Below are positions 36,259 to 48,509 of a stretch of DNA of 64,000 bases, one piece after another. Position 1 is the stretch's first letter. Every line of letters starts with the position of its first letter. The DNA comes from Pristiophorus japonicus (Eukaryota), in the NCBI RefSeq assembly GCF_044704955.1, contig NC_091999.1, forward strand, positions 19,592,001 to 19,656,000, written 5' to 3'. Under the pieces are notes generated by a model. The model had not been told where the DNA came from and searched no databases. It worked only from the letters and a program-made list of their open reading frames with translations. The translations under genes were made by a program, and so were the position numbers.

Positions 36259-39200
36259 TATCGTAGTTCTATCTGATCTGTCCATTATCCTCTATGTACA
36301 GCAGATCTTTCTGATCGGTACAATTCCTTCTATGTACAATAGTTCTATCTGATCTGACAATTCCACTCCGTTGCAGTAGGTCAATCTACTTTTTCCATTT
36401 CTCTCTGAGCACCGTAGTTCTATCTCATCTGTGCATTCACTTCTTTGCACAGTAGTTCTGTCTGACCTGTACATTCCACTTTGAGTCCAGTAGTTCTATC
36501 AGACGTGTTAATTCCCCTCTGTTCAGTAATTCTATCTGACCTGTCCAGTCCCTTCTGTGTACACTAGTTCAATCTGACCAGTTCATTCCCCTTTGTGTTC
36601 AGTAGTTCTATACGGTCTGTCCATTCCCCTCTTGGTACAATAGTTCTGTTTGATCTTTCCATTGACCTCTGTCTATAGTAGTTCTCTTAGACCTGCCCAT
36701 TCCCGTCTGTGTACAATTTTCAATCTGATCTGCCCATTCCACTCTGTATACAGCATTTCTATCTGAGCTCTCCATTCCCCTCTGCGTGCAGTAATTCTAT
36801 CTAATCTGAACATTCCCCTCTATGTACACCAGTTCTATTGGATCTGTCGATTCCTCTCTGTGTACATTAGTTGTATCTGGTCTGTCCATTCAACTCTGTG
36901 TACAATAGATCTATCTGACCTGTTCATTGACCTTTGTTTAGTAGTCTATATGATATGTAGATTGCCCCCCTCCCCATTCTACATTTGTTCTATCTGATCT
37001 GTCCATTACCCTCTGTGTACCGTATTTCTATCTGATCTGTCGAAGCCCCTCCTCCCTATGTGTAGCAGCTCTATCTGATCTTTCCATTCCCCTCTGGGTA
37101 CAGTAGTTCTTTTTGATCTGTCCATTCCGCTCCCCTCTGCGTGCAGTTGTTCTACCTGTTCAGTCCATTCTTCTCTATCAACAGTAGTTCTATCTGATCT
37201 GTCCATTCCCCTCTGTGTGCAGTAATTCTATCTGATCTGTGCAATGCGTACAGTAGTTCTATCTGATCTGCCCATTCAGCTCTGTGTATAGTAGTTCTAT
37301 CTAACCTGTCCATTCCACTCTGTTTACAGTAGTTCTATCTGACCTGTCCATTCCCCACTGTGTGTAGTACTTCTATCTGAGCTGCCCATTACCCTCTGAG
37401 TATAGCATTTCTACCTAACCTGTCCATTCCCTTCTGTGTGTAGTACTTCTATCTGAGCTGCTCATTCCCCTCTGCGTATAGCATTTGTAACTGATCTGTC
37501 CATTCCCCTCTGTGTGTAGTACTTCTATCTGAGCTGCCCATTCCCCTCTGTGTATAACATTTCTACCTGATCTGTCCATTCTCCTCTGTGTACAATAGTT
37601 CTACCTGACATGTCCATTCCCCTCTATGTACATTAAATCTATCTGATTTGTGCAATGCGTACAGTAGTTCTATCTGATCTGTCCATTCAGCTCTGTGTGC
37701 AATAGTTATATCTGACGTGTCCATTCCAATCTGCTTACAGTGGTCTATCTGATCTGCCCATTCAGGCCTGTGTGTAGTAGTTCTATCTTATCTGATCATT
37801 TACCTCTGTGTTCACAGTTCTATCTGAATTGTCGAATCCCTTATGAGTACAGTAGATCTGTCAGATCTGCCCATTCCTTTCTGTGTGCAGTAGTTCTATC
37901 TGCTCTCTCTGTTCACGTCCCCTATCTGTGCAGTGGTTCTCTCTGATCTATCGATTCCCTCCACCCCCCTTCCTCTATGTACATGAATTCTACCTGAACT
38001 CTCTATTCAAATCTGTGTGCAGTAGTTCTATCTGATCTGTCCATTCCCCTCCCGTCTGTGTGCAGTCGTTCTACCTGATCTGCCCATTCACCTCCGTGTA
38101 TAGTAGTCCTAGTGTATCTATCCATTACTCACTGAGTGCACTAGTTCTATCTAATCTGAGCATTCCCCTTTGTGTACAGTAGTTCTATTTGATATGTGCA
38201 TCCCTCTCTGTGTACAGTAATGCTATTGATCACTCCATTCCCCTTTGTGTACAGTAGTTTTATCTGACCTGTTCGTTCCCCTTTATTTAGTAGATTTATC
38301 TGATCTGCCCATTTCCCTCTATGTGCAGTAGTTATCTAGTCGTGGATCCCCGACCTGCGAGAGAACAGCTCCGCAGGTTGGGCTATAGCAGAGCTGGAAC
38401 GGCGGGCTTGGAACATCGTGGCCTCCGAACAGCGAGAGAACAGCTCCGCAGGTCACGCTATAAAATAGCTGGATTGGCGGGCCTGGGACATCGTGGTCCC
38501 CCGACCTGCGGGAAAACAGCTCCGCAGGTCGCACTATAAAAGAGCTGGAGCGTACCACTTCAACCTCCAGCACGAGCTACTCTAAGTGTGCGCTGATTTT
38601 GAGATGGGCGACTCCGTTTTAGAGCATAGGCATGAACATCGGCAGGGCCCAGTTACAGAGGAGTGGGAAGGTCGGAGCGGATGAGCGGCGAGAGATCGTG
38701 GCAGAGGTGCGACAGATGAGGGTACGGATCCCAGAAGAGCCAATGGCCCAGGAGCAGCACGGACCAGCCAACACTGCAATATGTGTGTGCACTCGGTCCA
38801 TGCAGCAGAGCAGGTCTCCAGTCGTCTTGGTTAATCCTTGCCACTAGACCAAGACCGAGCTCTGTCAAGCCCGTGTGGTGGCTGGTGTGCAACGGTCACC
38901 ACACGTTAAAAGAAATTCGCGTCGAGTCATCTTCAACCACCTCAATTGGAGTTCAGTACTGGAACATCGGGTCCTTCATCGAAACACCTGTGAACTTGTG
39001 GGAGAAAGTCATCCTTGTTCGAGGTACAGCCTATGATGATAATGAATAGGTATATGTGATCTATACATTCTCCTGTATGTACAGTAGTTCTATCTGATCT
39101 ATATATATATATATATCTATGTATAGTTCTATCTGATCTGACCATTGCCTTCTGTGTGCAGTAGGTGTATTTGATCTGTCCATTCCACTCTTTGTACAGT

Positions 39201-40588
39201 AATTGTATAAGACCAACCCATTCCTCTCTATGTTCAGTATTTGTATCTAATCTGCCCTTTCCCCTCTGTGTGCAGTAGTTCTACCTGTACGGTCCCCTCC
39301 CTTCTATGTACAGTAGTTCTAATTCATCTGTTCTATTTGATCTGTCCATTCCCCTCTGTGTATCGAAGTCCTAACTGATCTCTGCATTCCCGTCTGTGTA
39401 CAGTAGTTCTGTGTACAGCCTCTCTATATGATCTGTCAATTCTCCTCTGTGTGCATTCGTTCTATTTTGTCTATCTGTTCACGTCCACTCTGTGTGCAGT
39501 GATGCTATCTGATTTGTCCATTGAACTATGTTTTCTGTCGTTCTATCCAATCTCTCCATTCCCCTCCCATCTGTGTGCAGTCTTTCTAACTGATCTGTCC
39601 ATCCACCTTCGTGTGCAGTAGTTATTTTTGATATCTCCATTCCCCTCCCCTCTGTGTGAAGTAGTTCTATCTATTCTGAGCATTCCCCTCCGTGTGCAGT
39701 AATTGTATCTGATCTGCCTATTCCCCTTTATATGCAGTAGTTCTATCTGATCTCTCCAATCCCTACGGTGTGCAATAGTTCTATCTGATCTGGCCGTTCC
39801 CCTCCCCTACGTGTGCAGTAGTTCTATCTGATCTGTCCATTTCCCTCTGTGTACAGGAATTCATTCTGGTCTGTCCATTCCCATCTGTGTGCGTTATTTA
39901 TATCTGGTCTGTCCATTCCCCTCCGTGTGCAGTGGTTCTTTCTGATCTGTCCATTCCCCTCTCTGTAAAGGAGGTCAGACTGGTCTGTCCATTTTCATCT
40001 GTGTGCGTTAATTCTATCTGGGCTGTTCATTTCCCTCCCCTCTTGTGCAGTAGTTCTATCTGATCTGAGCCTTCCCACTGTGTACAATGGTTCTATCTGA
40101 CCTGTCCATTCGTCTGTGTCTAGTTGATCTATCTTATCTGTCCATTCCCCTTTGTCTACAGTAGTTTATCTGATCAGTCCAGTCTCCTCTTTGTAGAGTA
40201 ATTCTATCCGATCTGTCCATTCACTTCTATGTGAAGTAACTCTATCTGATCTGTCCATTCCCGTCTCTGTACATTAGTTCAATCTGATCTATCCATTCCC
40301 CTCTGTTACAGTAGTTCTATCTGATCTGTCCATGCCCCTACGTGCACAATATTTCTATCTGATCTGTCCATGCCCCTCCCCTCTGTATAAAGTAGTTCCA
40401 TCTGATCTCTCCATTCACCTCTGTGTATCGTCGTTCTACCTGATCTTTCTATCCCCTCCCTGTTTGCAGTAATTATATCTGATCCCTCCATTCCATCTGT
40501 GGGCAGTAGTTCTATATGATCTATGCATTCCACTCCCCTCTACGTACAATACATTCCATCTGATCTGTTCATTCCCCTCTATGTGCAT
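36259..40588. repeat. ~38-bp minisatellite array (second copy, extending past the duplication end)
   Basis: Same unit as 29965-33912. Confidence 0.93.
38337..39045 (+). mobile_element. RTE-related SINE-like element (duplicate copy)
   Basis: Duplicate of 32043-32751. Confidence 0.8.
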
Positions 40589-40589
40589 G

Positions 40590-41152
40590 ACGCTCCCAAT
40601 CTCACAGTCTCCCGCCCTGCTGTCTCCAAACCATGACCAAACCCCAACCACCAATCTCACAGTCTCACTCCCCGCTGTGTCCACACCATGACCAAACCCC
40701 CACCCACCAATCTCACAGTCTCTCGCCCCACTGTCCCCACACCATGACCACACCCACCACCCAATCTCACAGTCTCCATCCCCGTTGTTACCACACCATG
40801 ACAACCCCACCCACCAAATCTCACAGTCTCCCGTCTGCTGTCCCCACGCCATGACCAGCCCCCCACCCAATCTCACAGTCTCTCCCTCGCTGTCCCCAAA
40901 GCATGACCACCCCCCGTACCCAATCTCACCGTCTCCCGCCCGCTGTCCCCACACCATGACCTCCTCCAATCTCACAGTCTCCTGCCCCGTTGTCCCCACA
41001 CGATGACCACCCTGCCACCCAATCGCACAGACTCCCGCCCCGCTCACCCCACACCATGACCCCCCACAATCTCACAGTTTCCCGCCCCGCTGTCCCCACA
41101 CCATGACCACCTGACCCCCCTCCCCACCCAATCGCACAGTCTCTTGCCCCAC
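40590..41152. repeat. C-rich ~55-60-bp minisatellite (CCAATCTCACAGTCTCCCGCCCCGCTGTCCCCACACCATGACC...)
   Basis: About 10 units. Confidence 0.9.
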
Positions 41153-41156
41153 TGTG

Positions 41157-42145
41157 TTCGTTCTGTCCGGTTTTATCGGTTCTGGTTAATAATTACAACT
41201 GCTGTTTGGATTAGTTTTATCCGCTTACATCATTATGATTTTCGATAGCGGCGCCATTATATTGGATATTCAGGCGGAGCAGACCCTGCACACTCCAGTG
41301 TACCTGTTAATCTGTATTGGCAACGGTTGTTATATGTTACATCACAGTCAGTGTACGGAATACATTAGCGACCATAGTGTTACATCACAGTTAGTGTACG
41401 GAATATATAAGCGAACATAACGTTACCAGCAAAAAACATTTCGTATGGAAGCTGCATGAATCAAATGTTCTTCGTCCACAATCATCTGGAAGGTGACTTT
41501 ATAATATTATCAACATCGGTCATGATCGATATGTTTTTCTGTGCAACCCACTGCGATATTCAACCATGATCGCAACATCAAGTCTGATAAAGACCCACCT
41601 CGTTCTCTGAGCGATAAATTACTCCGTCGTCTTAGTCTACCTTGGCCTCAGCCTGCGGCTGCCCTTTTCCGGCTCTGAGGTCATTTAGATTATAGTCTGC
41701 ACCTACATGTCCGTTGCCAAGTTTTCCTTCGGAGACATCTCAAGGAATAGCATGTTCTAGACGTGTGAGATGATCACTGTCTACTTTTCTGTTATAGTTT
41801 CATTACCTTCCGTTATTGTAAGATCGGCTTTGCTATTTTCAAGATTAATTCACAGGCTGTGCGGCAGAAGGCGATCCAGACTTGTGCCTCCCACCTGTCT
41901 ATTTTCTGTATATATGTTGCGTCTATTTGTCTCATTATTCTATCTTACAGAATTAAATCCATGCCGCCAATACCCACATTGTGATGATGGCTGTGACGGC
42001 ATTAACTGCACCGCTCTCAGATCGCGTCACTTACTGTTGGAGAACAAAGCAGGTCGAGTGGTGGTCGGGGCATGCTTCAAGGGCACGCAGAAAACTCGAG
42101 TTGGAAACACAACCAGAGTTTCTGTCATTACCTAATATCAGTTAG
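41157..42145 (+). pseudogene. Olfactory receptor (OR family) pseudogene
   Basis: OR signature motifs in correct order across frameshifts: FVLSGF (41157), LHTPVY (41286), ISYGSCMNQMFFVH, HDRYVFLCNPLRYSTMI (41521), LRLPF..CTYMSVAKFSFGD, RQKAIQTCASHL (~41862-41897), APLSDRVTYCWRTKQV. Several stops, and a 43-bp internal duplication (41335-41377 / 41378-41420). Confidence 0.9.
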
Positions 42146-42229
42146 TATGAATCACGAAGCTGTTTCTTGTGAACTGTTCAATGGCCATATTAACGTCATA
42201 AATTGCATGCAGCACATGTAAGATAGATT

Positions 42230-42890
42230 TACACACACACACAGATGAACTGACAGATTCACTCTCTCTCGCTCTCTCTCTTACACACACGCAAACGGAT
42301 TCTTACTCAGGCTGACTCACGCACATTCACTCTATCGCTCTCTCTCTCTCACACAGAAAAACACACAGTGGCCCTCTCACACACACCCACTCCTCTCACA
42401 CTCTCTCTCTCACAAACACTCACACATTCACATGCACTGACTCACTCTCTCTCACACTCTCTCTCTCACATCCACACTGGCTTTCATACATGCACACACT
42501 CACGCTCTCATACACACTTACTCACACGCCCACTCGCTCTCACAAACACTCACACATACACAAACACACACACGCACACACAGTTTTTCTCTCACACAAA
42601 CATTGACTCTCTGTCTCTCAATCACACACATACAGTCACACTCTTAGACACGCTAATTCAGTACACACTTTCGCTCACACACGCACATATTCTCTCTCTC
42701 TACACACAGAGACACATGCATTCTCACACACACTGACTCAAAAGCACTGATTCTCACTTACAGACACACACCCTCTCTATCACACACACACACACTCTCA
42801 CACAAACTGACTCACAAACACTGACTCTCAATCACACGCATGCACACACACTCTCTCCCTCACACAAACATACACACACAATTCACATAT
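42230..42890. repeat. CA/CT low-complexity tract
   Basis: Mixed (CA)n/(CT)n. Confidence 0.88.
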
Positions 42891-44169
42891 TATTTCTTAC
42901 TCTCATGTGGGTCAGAAACTCAGTCACATTCACCAAGAGAAGTCACATCCATAACGGCATTTTGTGCATCCTTTGAAAGTTGCTGTTAATCAATGTGTGG
43001 CATTTATCAGTCGCTGATATTGTTGATCCCAGATCGTGTCCAGCCTCCTGATTCGTTTACTGTAGGCAGCGCTTCCATTATTTACTACATGTAAACGTGC
43101 GAAGCTCCACACGTTTTGGTTATCATTTACTACAAATACACTGTGAGTACCGACTCAGTTATAACTTTGCAATGAAACGCACAAATCTGATTCTCCGTCA
43201 GAAACTCCGTGTTGCCCAATATCTGACTGTTTATATTCAGTTGCATTAAGTAATTGGTGGCCGTCGACACACTTCAAAATGTAGTATTTCAAGTATAATT
43301 TTTATAGTGTAATTGCCAGTGTTGCCATTAGGATTAATTTCCTTAGATTTTAGATATAAATGTGAATTTGGCTTATTATTGTCCGCAGCATCGAGAACTG
43401 ACACACTAATGTGCTGACACTTTAATGCCTGTGTCAACATCATGCCTATGCGTAATGTGTGGTCAATGGGTAACTGCAGTGTCGGGGTATTTATGTACGC
43501 TGCATTACCGAGTTCCCGACTGGTATCACATCTCCGCTGAGAAACGAATGTATCGTGTGCAATTTACCCGTACAATTAGGGAAATCCCAGATTTGCGCTG
43601 TTATTGTGGTTATAAAGCAGCGCCGTTATCAAGTTGAGTTATCAGCCAATATAATTTGTTTTGTGCTTAAGCAATATATTGATATTAGCAAATGTAATCA
43701 TTGTATTAAATGAATGTAATCGACGCAGCTCTGTGTTGTAGGGTTATGAAACAATGTGCAGCAGAATGCTTAGCTGGAAATATAAGGTCGAATATTGATC
43801 ACTTCTGTGTCACATCATAAATCCAATCGCTGTAAAATATGAATCCTAAATTCATCCAAAACATTCCTGCACCTACTGGACCCATTGTAACAAATACAAA
43901 GCAGTTAGATGCTTCTAACCCACTTGGACACAGCTCCTCATGTCAGATCTGGACCCTATTGTTCCTGCGCCCAGAAATCAAATATCGGCAAACTAATTAA
44001 TGCATCGCAACGATTGACTTCAACAGATGTCGGTTCTTCTTGAAAGATCTCACGCTGTTTGAGAGACGGCGAGTGGAGAATTAGACTGTAGTCTATTCAT
44101 AGAATATTGTGGAGGTAAGAGTTATCATACTCATAAAAGGGTCAAACATACAGAACCATAAGGAGGTTC

Positions 44170-44670
44170 GGCTCAAACGGGAATATTGTGTCCAATTCTG
44201 GGCACCGCATATTAAGAAGTAAGTGAAGGCATTTGAGAGGGTGCAGAAAAAATAATGGAAATTATATCAGGAATGAGGGAGTTCAGTTACATTGATAGAC
44301 TGGAGAAGCAGGGGTTATTCTCCTTCGAGCAGAGAAGATTGAGAGGAGAATTGATAGAGGAGGGTTCTGGAAAAGTAGATAGAGATAAACTATTCCAATT
44401 TGCAGAAGTGTCGAGAACCAGAGGATACAAATTTAAGGTGATTGGCCAAAGACGATGTAAGAAAACACCTTTTTACAGAGCGAGTGATTAAGATCTGGAA
44501 TACACTGCCTGAAAGGGTGGTGGAGTCAGACTCAAACTTATCTTTAAAAAAGGGAGTTGAATAAGTATCTGAAGGAAAAAATGCAGGGCTTCGGCGAAAG
44601 TGAGGGGTAGTGGGACCAGCTGAGAGTCGGCACGGGCTTGATGGGCCAAATTACCTTCTTCCGTGATCTA
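44170..44670 (+). mobile_element. CR1 3' fragment
   Basis: DRLEKQGLFSFEQRRLRGELIE and RTRGYKFK. Confidence 0.85.
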
Positions 44671-44954
44671 TAGAATTGTATAATAATGAGAAAACTTTAA
44701 AAATAACTGTAAATAACAAAACATGAAGAAAACTGTTGCACTGAACTATAAATCGATCTCAATATTGATAATTAGAATCGTCTCCGCTTGAAGGAGGGAC
44801 ATTGTGAGTTCATAGACATCATTCGACCTTATTGCAGTTGATCGTATGAAAGCCAAGGAGATAATAATGGCCGTAAACTATCTAAGCTTGTCACACATTA
44901 TTCAGGAAGATATACATTACAAGCTACAACACAACTCCATAAATGCATGTTTAA

Positions 44955-47900
44955 TGGGGAAATTGCGCCAATAAATTCTCAGACCATGATGGTTAGCAAT
45001 TCAGTTTGTTAGCACCACCTGTTAGCGCGTTGGTGGGGTGCTAATGGGTTTCGGCAATGCACGCAATTTTTGCGCCACTTGCAAACTTCAGTTGAATTTT
45101 AGCTGTGGCAGTTAGAGATGTGCCCTTCAGCGTAAGGAAGGTCACGACATCAGTACGAGTTCAATGCCACGCTAGCGCCCCAGACACGACCTTCATTTTT
45201 TTTTGCCTCGATACTACCTGGCAGTAAATTCACCAGAGAAAGCAGGCGCTCAATCCTGTGCTTGCCGCTATTTAAAGGGATTAACAACTGGGTCACTGAG
45301 AGGTCAGAGTGAGTGCCATGTGTGATGGTAGCACAATGTGTTGCTCGCGCCTACCTGTTGCTCTTTATTTCTTTAGCTTAGCAATTGCCTACACATTCAT
45401 CTCATCCTTTGGTACGTAGATGGAGCAATGCTGACCTTTCACCTTTGCCTATGGAAACGACTCTATAAGCTCCTGCACCATCTGCAGATGCAGAATATGG
45501 CCAACGTGGGCCGAGGCCTGAGGAGTAGGTGTCGAGGTCGTAACAGGAGGCCTTATCCCCTGTCCACTCCACCAAGGTTTATCTGAAGCAATGCTCCTGC
45601 ATTATTATTTCGGAGGAGCAGTGCCGAATAAGATTTATGTTCAGTAAGGAGCAGGTCACAGAGCTGTGCCACCTTCTGCTGGCAGGCCACCAGCCGCACT
45701 TCAGGACCAGGATTTCGGACAAGCTCAGATCAGTAGTGCTCTGCCTAGATGACACCAGATCCTTCCAGGCACCAGCAGAGGATGTCACAAACATCTTCCA
45801 ATTTGGTGTTTGTTGCTGCATCCGGGACGTCTCACCTGCTCTACACCGCAAGAGAATGGATTACACCAACTGTGACACAGAGACTTCAGATGTCCTAGAA
45901 AGACGCCCTCGACCAACACTGGCCCTGTAAGGCTTGGCTGCAGACGGCACCACCTCAGCATGGGCGGCAGACGTTTTGCATGGCTGAGTTGTGGACAGTG
46001 GCAGGAGCATTGGCGAGCGGCATATGTGTGAGCCCGAGTATTGTCGTCTGCCACTCACCGGGGCAGTGGCTCAACACCTGGAGCAATCCGCTCACGCACA
46101 GATTGCTGGCCTGCTTCAGCGTTGTAATGCTGTGGACCCAGAGAACTGGCAGCAGTCAGCGCTTGCGTGGTATCAAACTAAGTCTGCATGAGAGCACACT
46201 GAGTATTGATGACACCACGCACTGACTCCATGACAGCACGTAGGCTTTGCGTTGTTTTGGTCTGTGCTTCAGTGGCTGCTGCTCGTCGAGTCCAACATCC
46301 GTTGGAAAGTGGCAAGCATGGGGTCTATGGGCTGTGAGAGCCACGGCCAATGCTTGATGTGGTTTCCCCCAACCGCAGAGCAAGTGCATCCAAGATCTTG
46401 GGCACACTTAAAAATGCACGCAGACGATGGCTGTGTATCTACAATGATTGTCTGGCCACAACCTCCACATCTGGGTTCTCATCCGTGTCATGCTGTGCAG
46501 CACTCAGGCACGAACTCACTGCCGGAGATTCCCTTTGGACGTGCTGTTTCTGCATCACGATGTGGCCGGAGCATCACTCAAATCAGACCCCTCAAACATG
46601 GCCTCTTCCACCGACGTACTTTCCCCACTGCCAGAGGCAGCAGGTTCATCTGAGACAGGCACTGAAGTATCCATCGCGTCCCCGTCCAACCCCTTGGCTT
46701 AACTGGAGAGCTCAAGGACAGGCACCGGGCCTTCCGCACTCTTCATTTGAAAGCACAAAGCCAGAAAAGTGTGGTCCAGTACAGGGGAGGGGACAGGAGT
46801 TGAGGGACGCAAGTTACACGTAAATTGGGAAAGCATTGTGCTGTCAGAGGTAAGTAGTGTGAAGGAAGCTGAAAAGGTAATGAACATACTGTCACTCTCC
46901 CCAGGGCGCTCGGCTCACCCACGGCAACCACTCGCAATTGAGCGCCCATGGTGGTGAACACTCGCTCTTCCAGGTCGGTTCGTGGCTGCAGCTTTGTGTC
47001 CCTTCCACAAGTGCACAGCTCATCCCCGCGATTATGTGCCAGCTTCGGCTGCAAGAAGAATCAGAACGGGCGAGTGTTGAGCAATCCATTTGTGAGATAT
47101 GCCTCACAAAGTTCAATATCTTGTACGCTGTGGAAGGGTGGCAGATGTGCATGAGACTGTGAATAGCTGCGAAGAGTTGCTGTGTTAGTGCTGGGATTGG
47201 GAGCCAAGAACTTACAATACATGTACTGCAACTTTGTGTGTATGCATCTCAACAGAAAAATACTACTAACAGGAGAGGTGGGGCTGATTTGCATTCAGGC
47301 AGAGGGTGTGGCTGACGTAGTAAACGATTACTTTCCATATGTCTTCACCAAGCAAGAGGGATGCTCTCATAGACATATTGAAAGAGGTAGCACAGAAAAT
47401 AAAGTGTGTGAGACAGTGAAGTTTAAATGGTGTCATGGTAAGGTTAATGAAGAAGGTGGTCATCCTCACGACCTGAGTGAGGTCATTGAATTTTTTGCAT
47501 CATTGCATCGCAGTTCGGGGCACCATGCACCTTATGGACACGTGGGCGGCTACATCCCTCCACTTTCGCCTGAAAAGATTGGGTGATGGCCTCCGACCAG
47601 TGTTGGAGTGGCTGATGTCTCTCACCTCTCCTCCGCCTCCAGCAGTGGCTCTAGGGCAGGCTCGGAAAAATGATTAACATGCTGCCTTCATTTTGCGACT
47701 ACCACGTTGTTCTGTCACTCACTCCACAGGCTGCATTCCTGGGAATGGGGCAGTGCCATCAAGAAGCGCTTGGCGCAAATATGTCTGATGAGGATTACCT
47801 GACCTCATTAACACTGCGGCGTTAGCACCCTAAGAGAAGTGTGCACTGCTTGATTAACGCCCCACTTGCCACGGGGCAATAAAAGTGAATATCGCTGTCG

Positions 47901-47985
47901 CCGACACTTATTAACGCCAAATGCTCAATTTAATGACCAGGCGCTGTTCCGCCTCAAAAAGGGCGATCTCGACTTTTCCACCCAT
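44955..47985. mobile_element. PIF/Harbinger DNA transposon remnant (transposase on +, Myb/SANT-like gene on -)
   Basis: Plus strand ~45600-45870: SEEQCRIRFMFSKEQVTELCHLL...SFQAPAEDVTNIFQFGVCCCIRDVS (HARBI1-like N-terminus). Minus strand ~47470-47600: RRKWRDVAAHVS...RTAMQ*CKKFNDLT (Myb/SANT-like), and ~46940-47050: KLAHNRG...DLEERV. Ends approximate; TIRs not clearly resolved. Confidence 0.78.
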
Positions 47986-48509
47986 GGCCCAAAAATTCAT
48001 ATCGGGCGGTGGCACAAATCGGGTGGTATCGGATTGACAGCCCAGTATATGCAACGGTTGATATTCAGTTCCGTTGACTGCTACAGGCCTCTCTTGCCAC
48101 TGTGCGCTGGTCTCCTGCATCAGACAGGGCACGTCATATATCACACTGCATTGCAGCAGCTTCAAACGCTATTGACGATCTTAATCTGTGATCTGACAAG
48201 AAAGCAATTATAAGCAGGTAAAAAGCAGTTGGAGCAAGGATAATAAAATATCCCGCAAACCATAGCGCTTAAACCCCATCACAAACGCTCAGCCCTTGAA
48301 TAATTAACATACCGGTACATATACACTTAGTTGAATTGAACAAGTACTGGACCAGTTCGATAGATGTTTGGACTCGAGGAGAATCAAAAGATTTTCTGAC
48401 CGAATGTGCAAGTGTTGTGGTGGAAGATCAGCTATGATATTATTGATATGGTGGAGTAGTCTCATGATGTCTTAAGGCCGACTCCTGCTCCGAATTCATG
48501 TGTTCTTCA

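Larger units (their letters stand above)
27619..40209 (+). repeat. Near-identical tandem duplication, unit ~6294 bp (27619-33912 and 33913-40209)
   Basis: ORF track entries recur at +6294 (e.g. 28879/35173); junction ...TAATTCTATCCC|CAAAATGCTCTC; about 20 substitutions and one (TA)n length difference seen by eye. Confidence 0.97.

Noticed and set aside
29965-40588. Regular ~38-bp repeats as a CRISPR-like array or repetitive protein
   Set aside because: Vertebrate DNA, head-to-tail degenerate units with no unique spacers; the ORFs are short by-products of the repeat.
40590-41152. Repeated CACAGTC as an RSS array
   Set aside because: Part of a minisatellite unit, with no nonamer at 12 or 23 spacing.
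43945-43995. Minus-strand FDFWAQ / LGAGT resembling a J segment
   Set aside because: No RSS, no splice donor, and the motif is split between frames.
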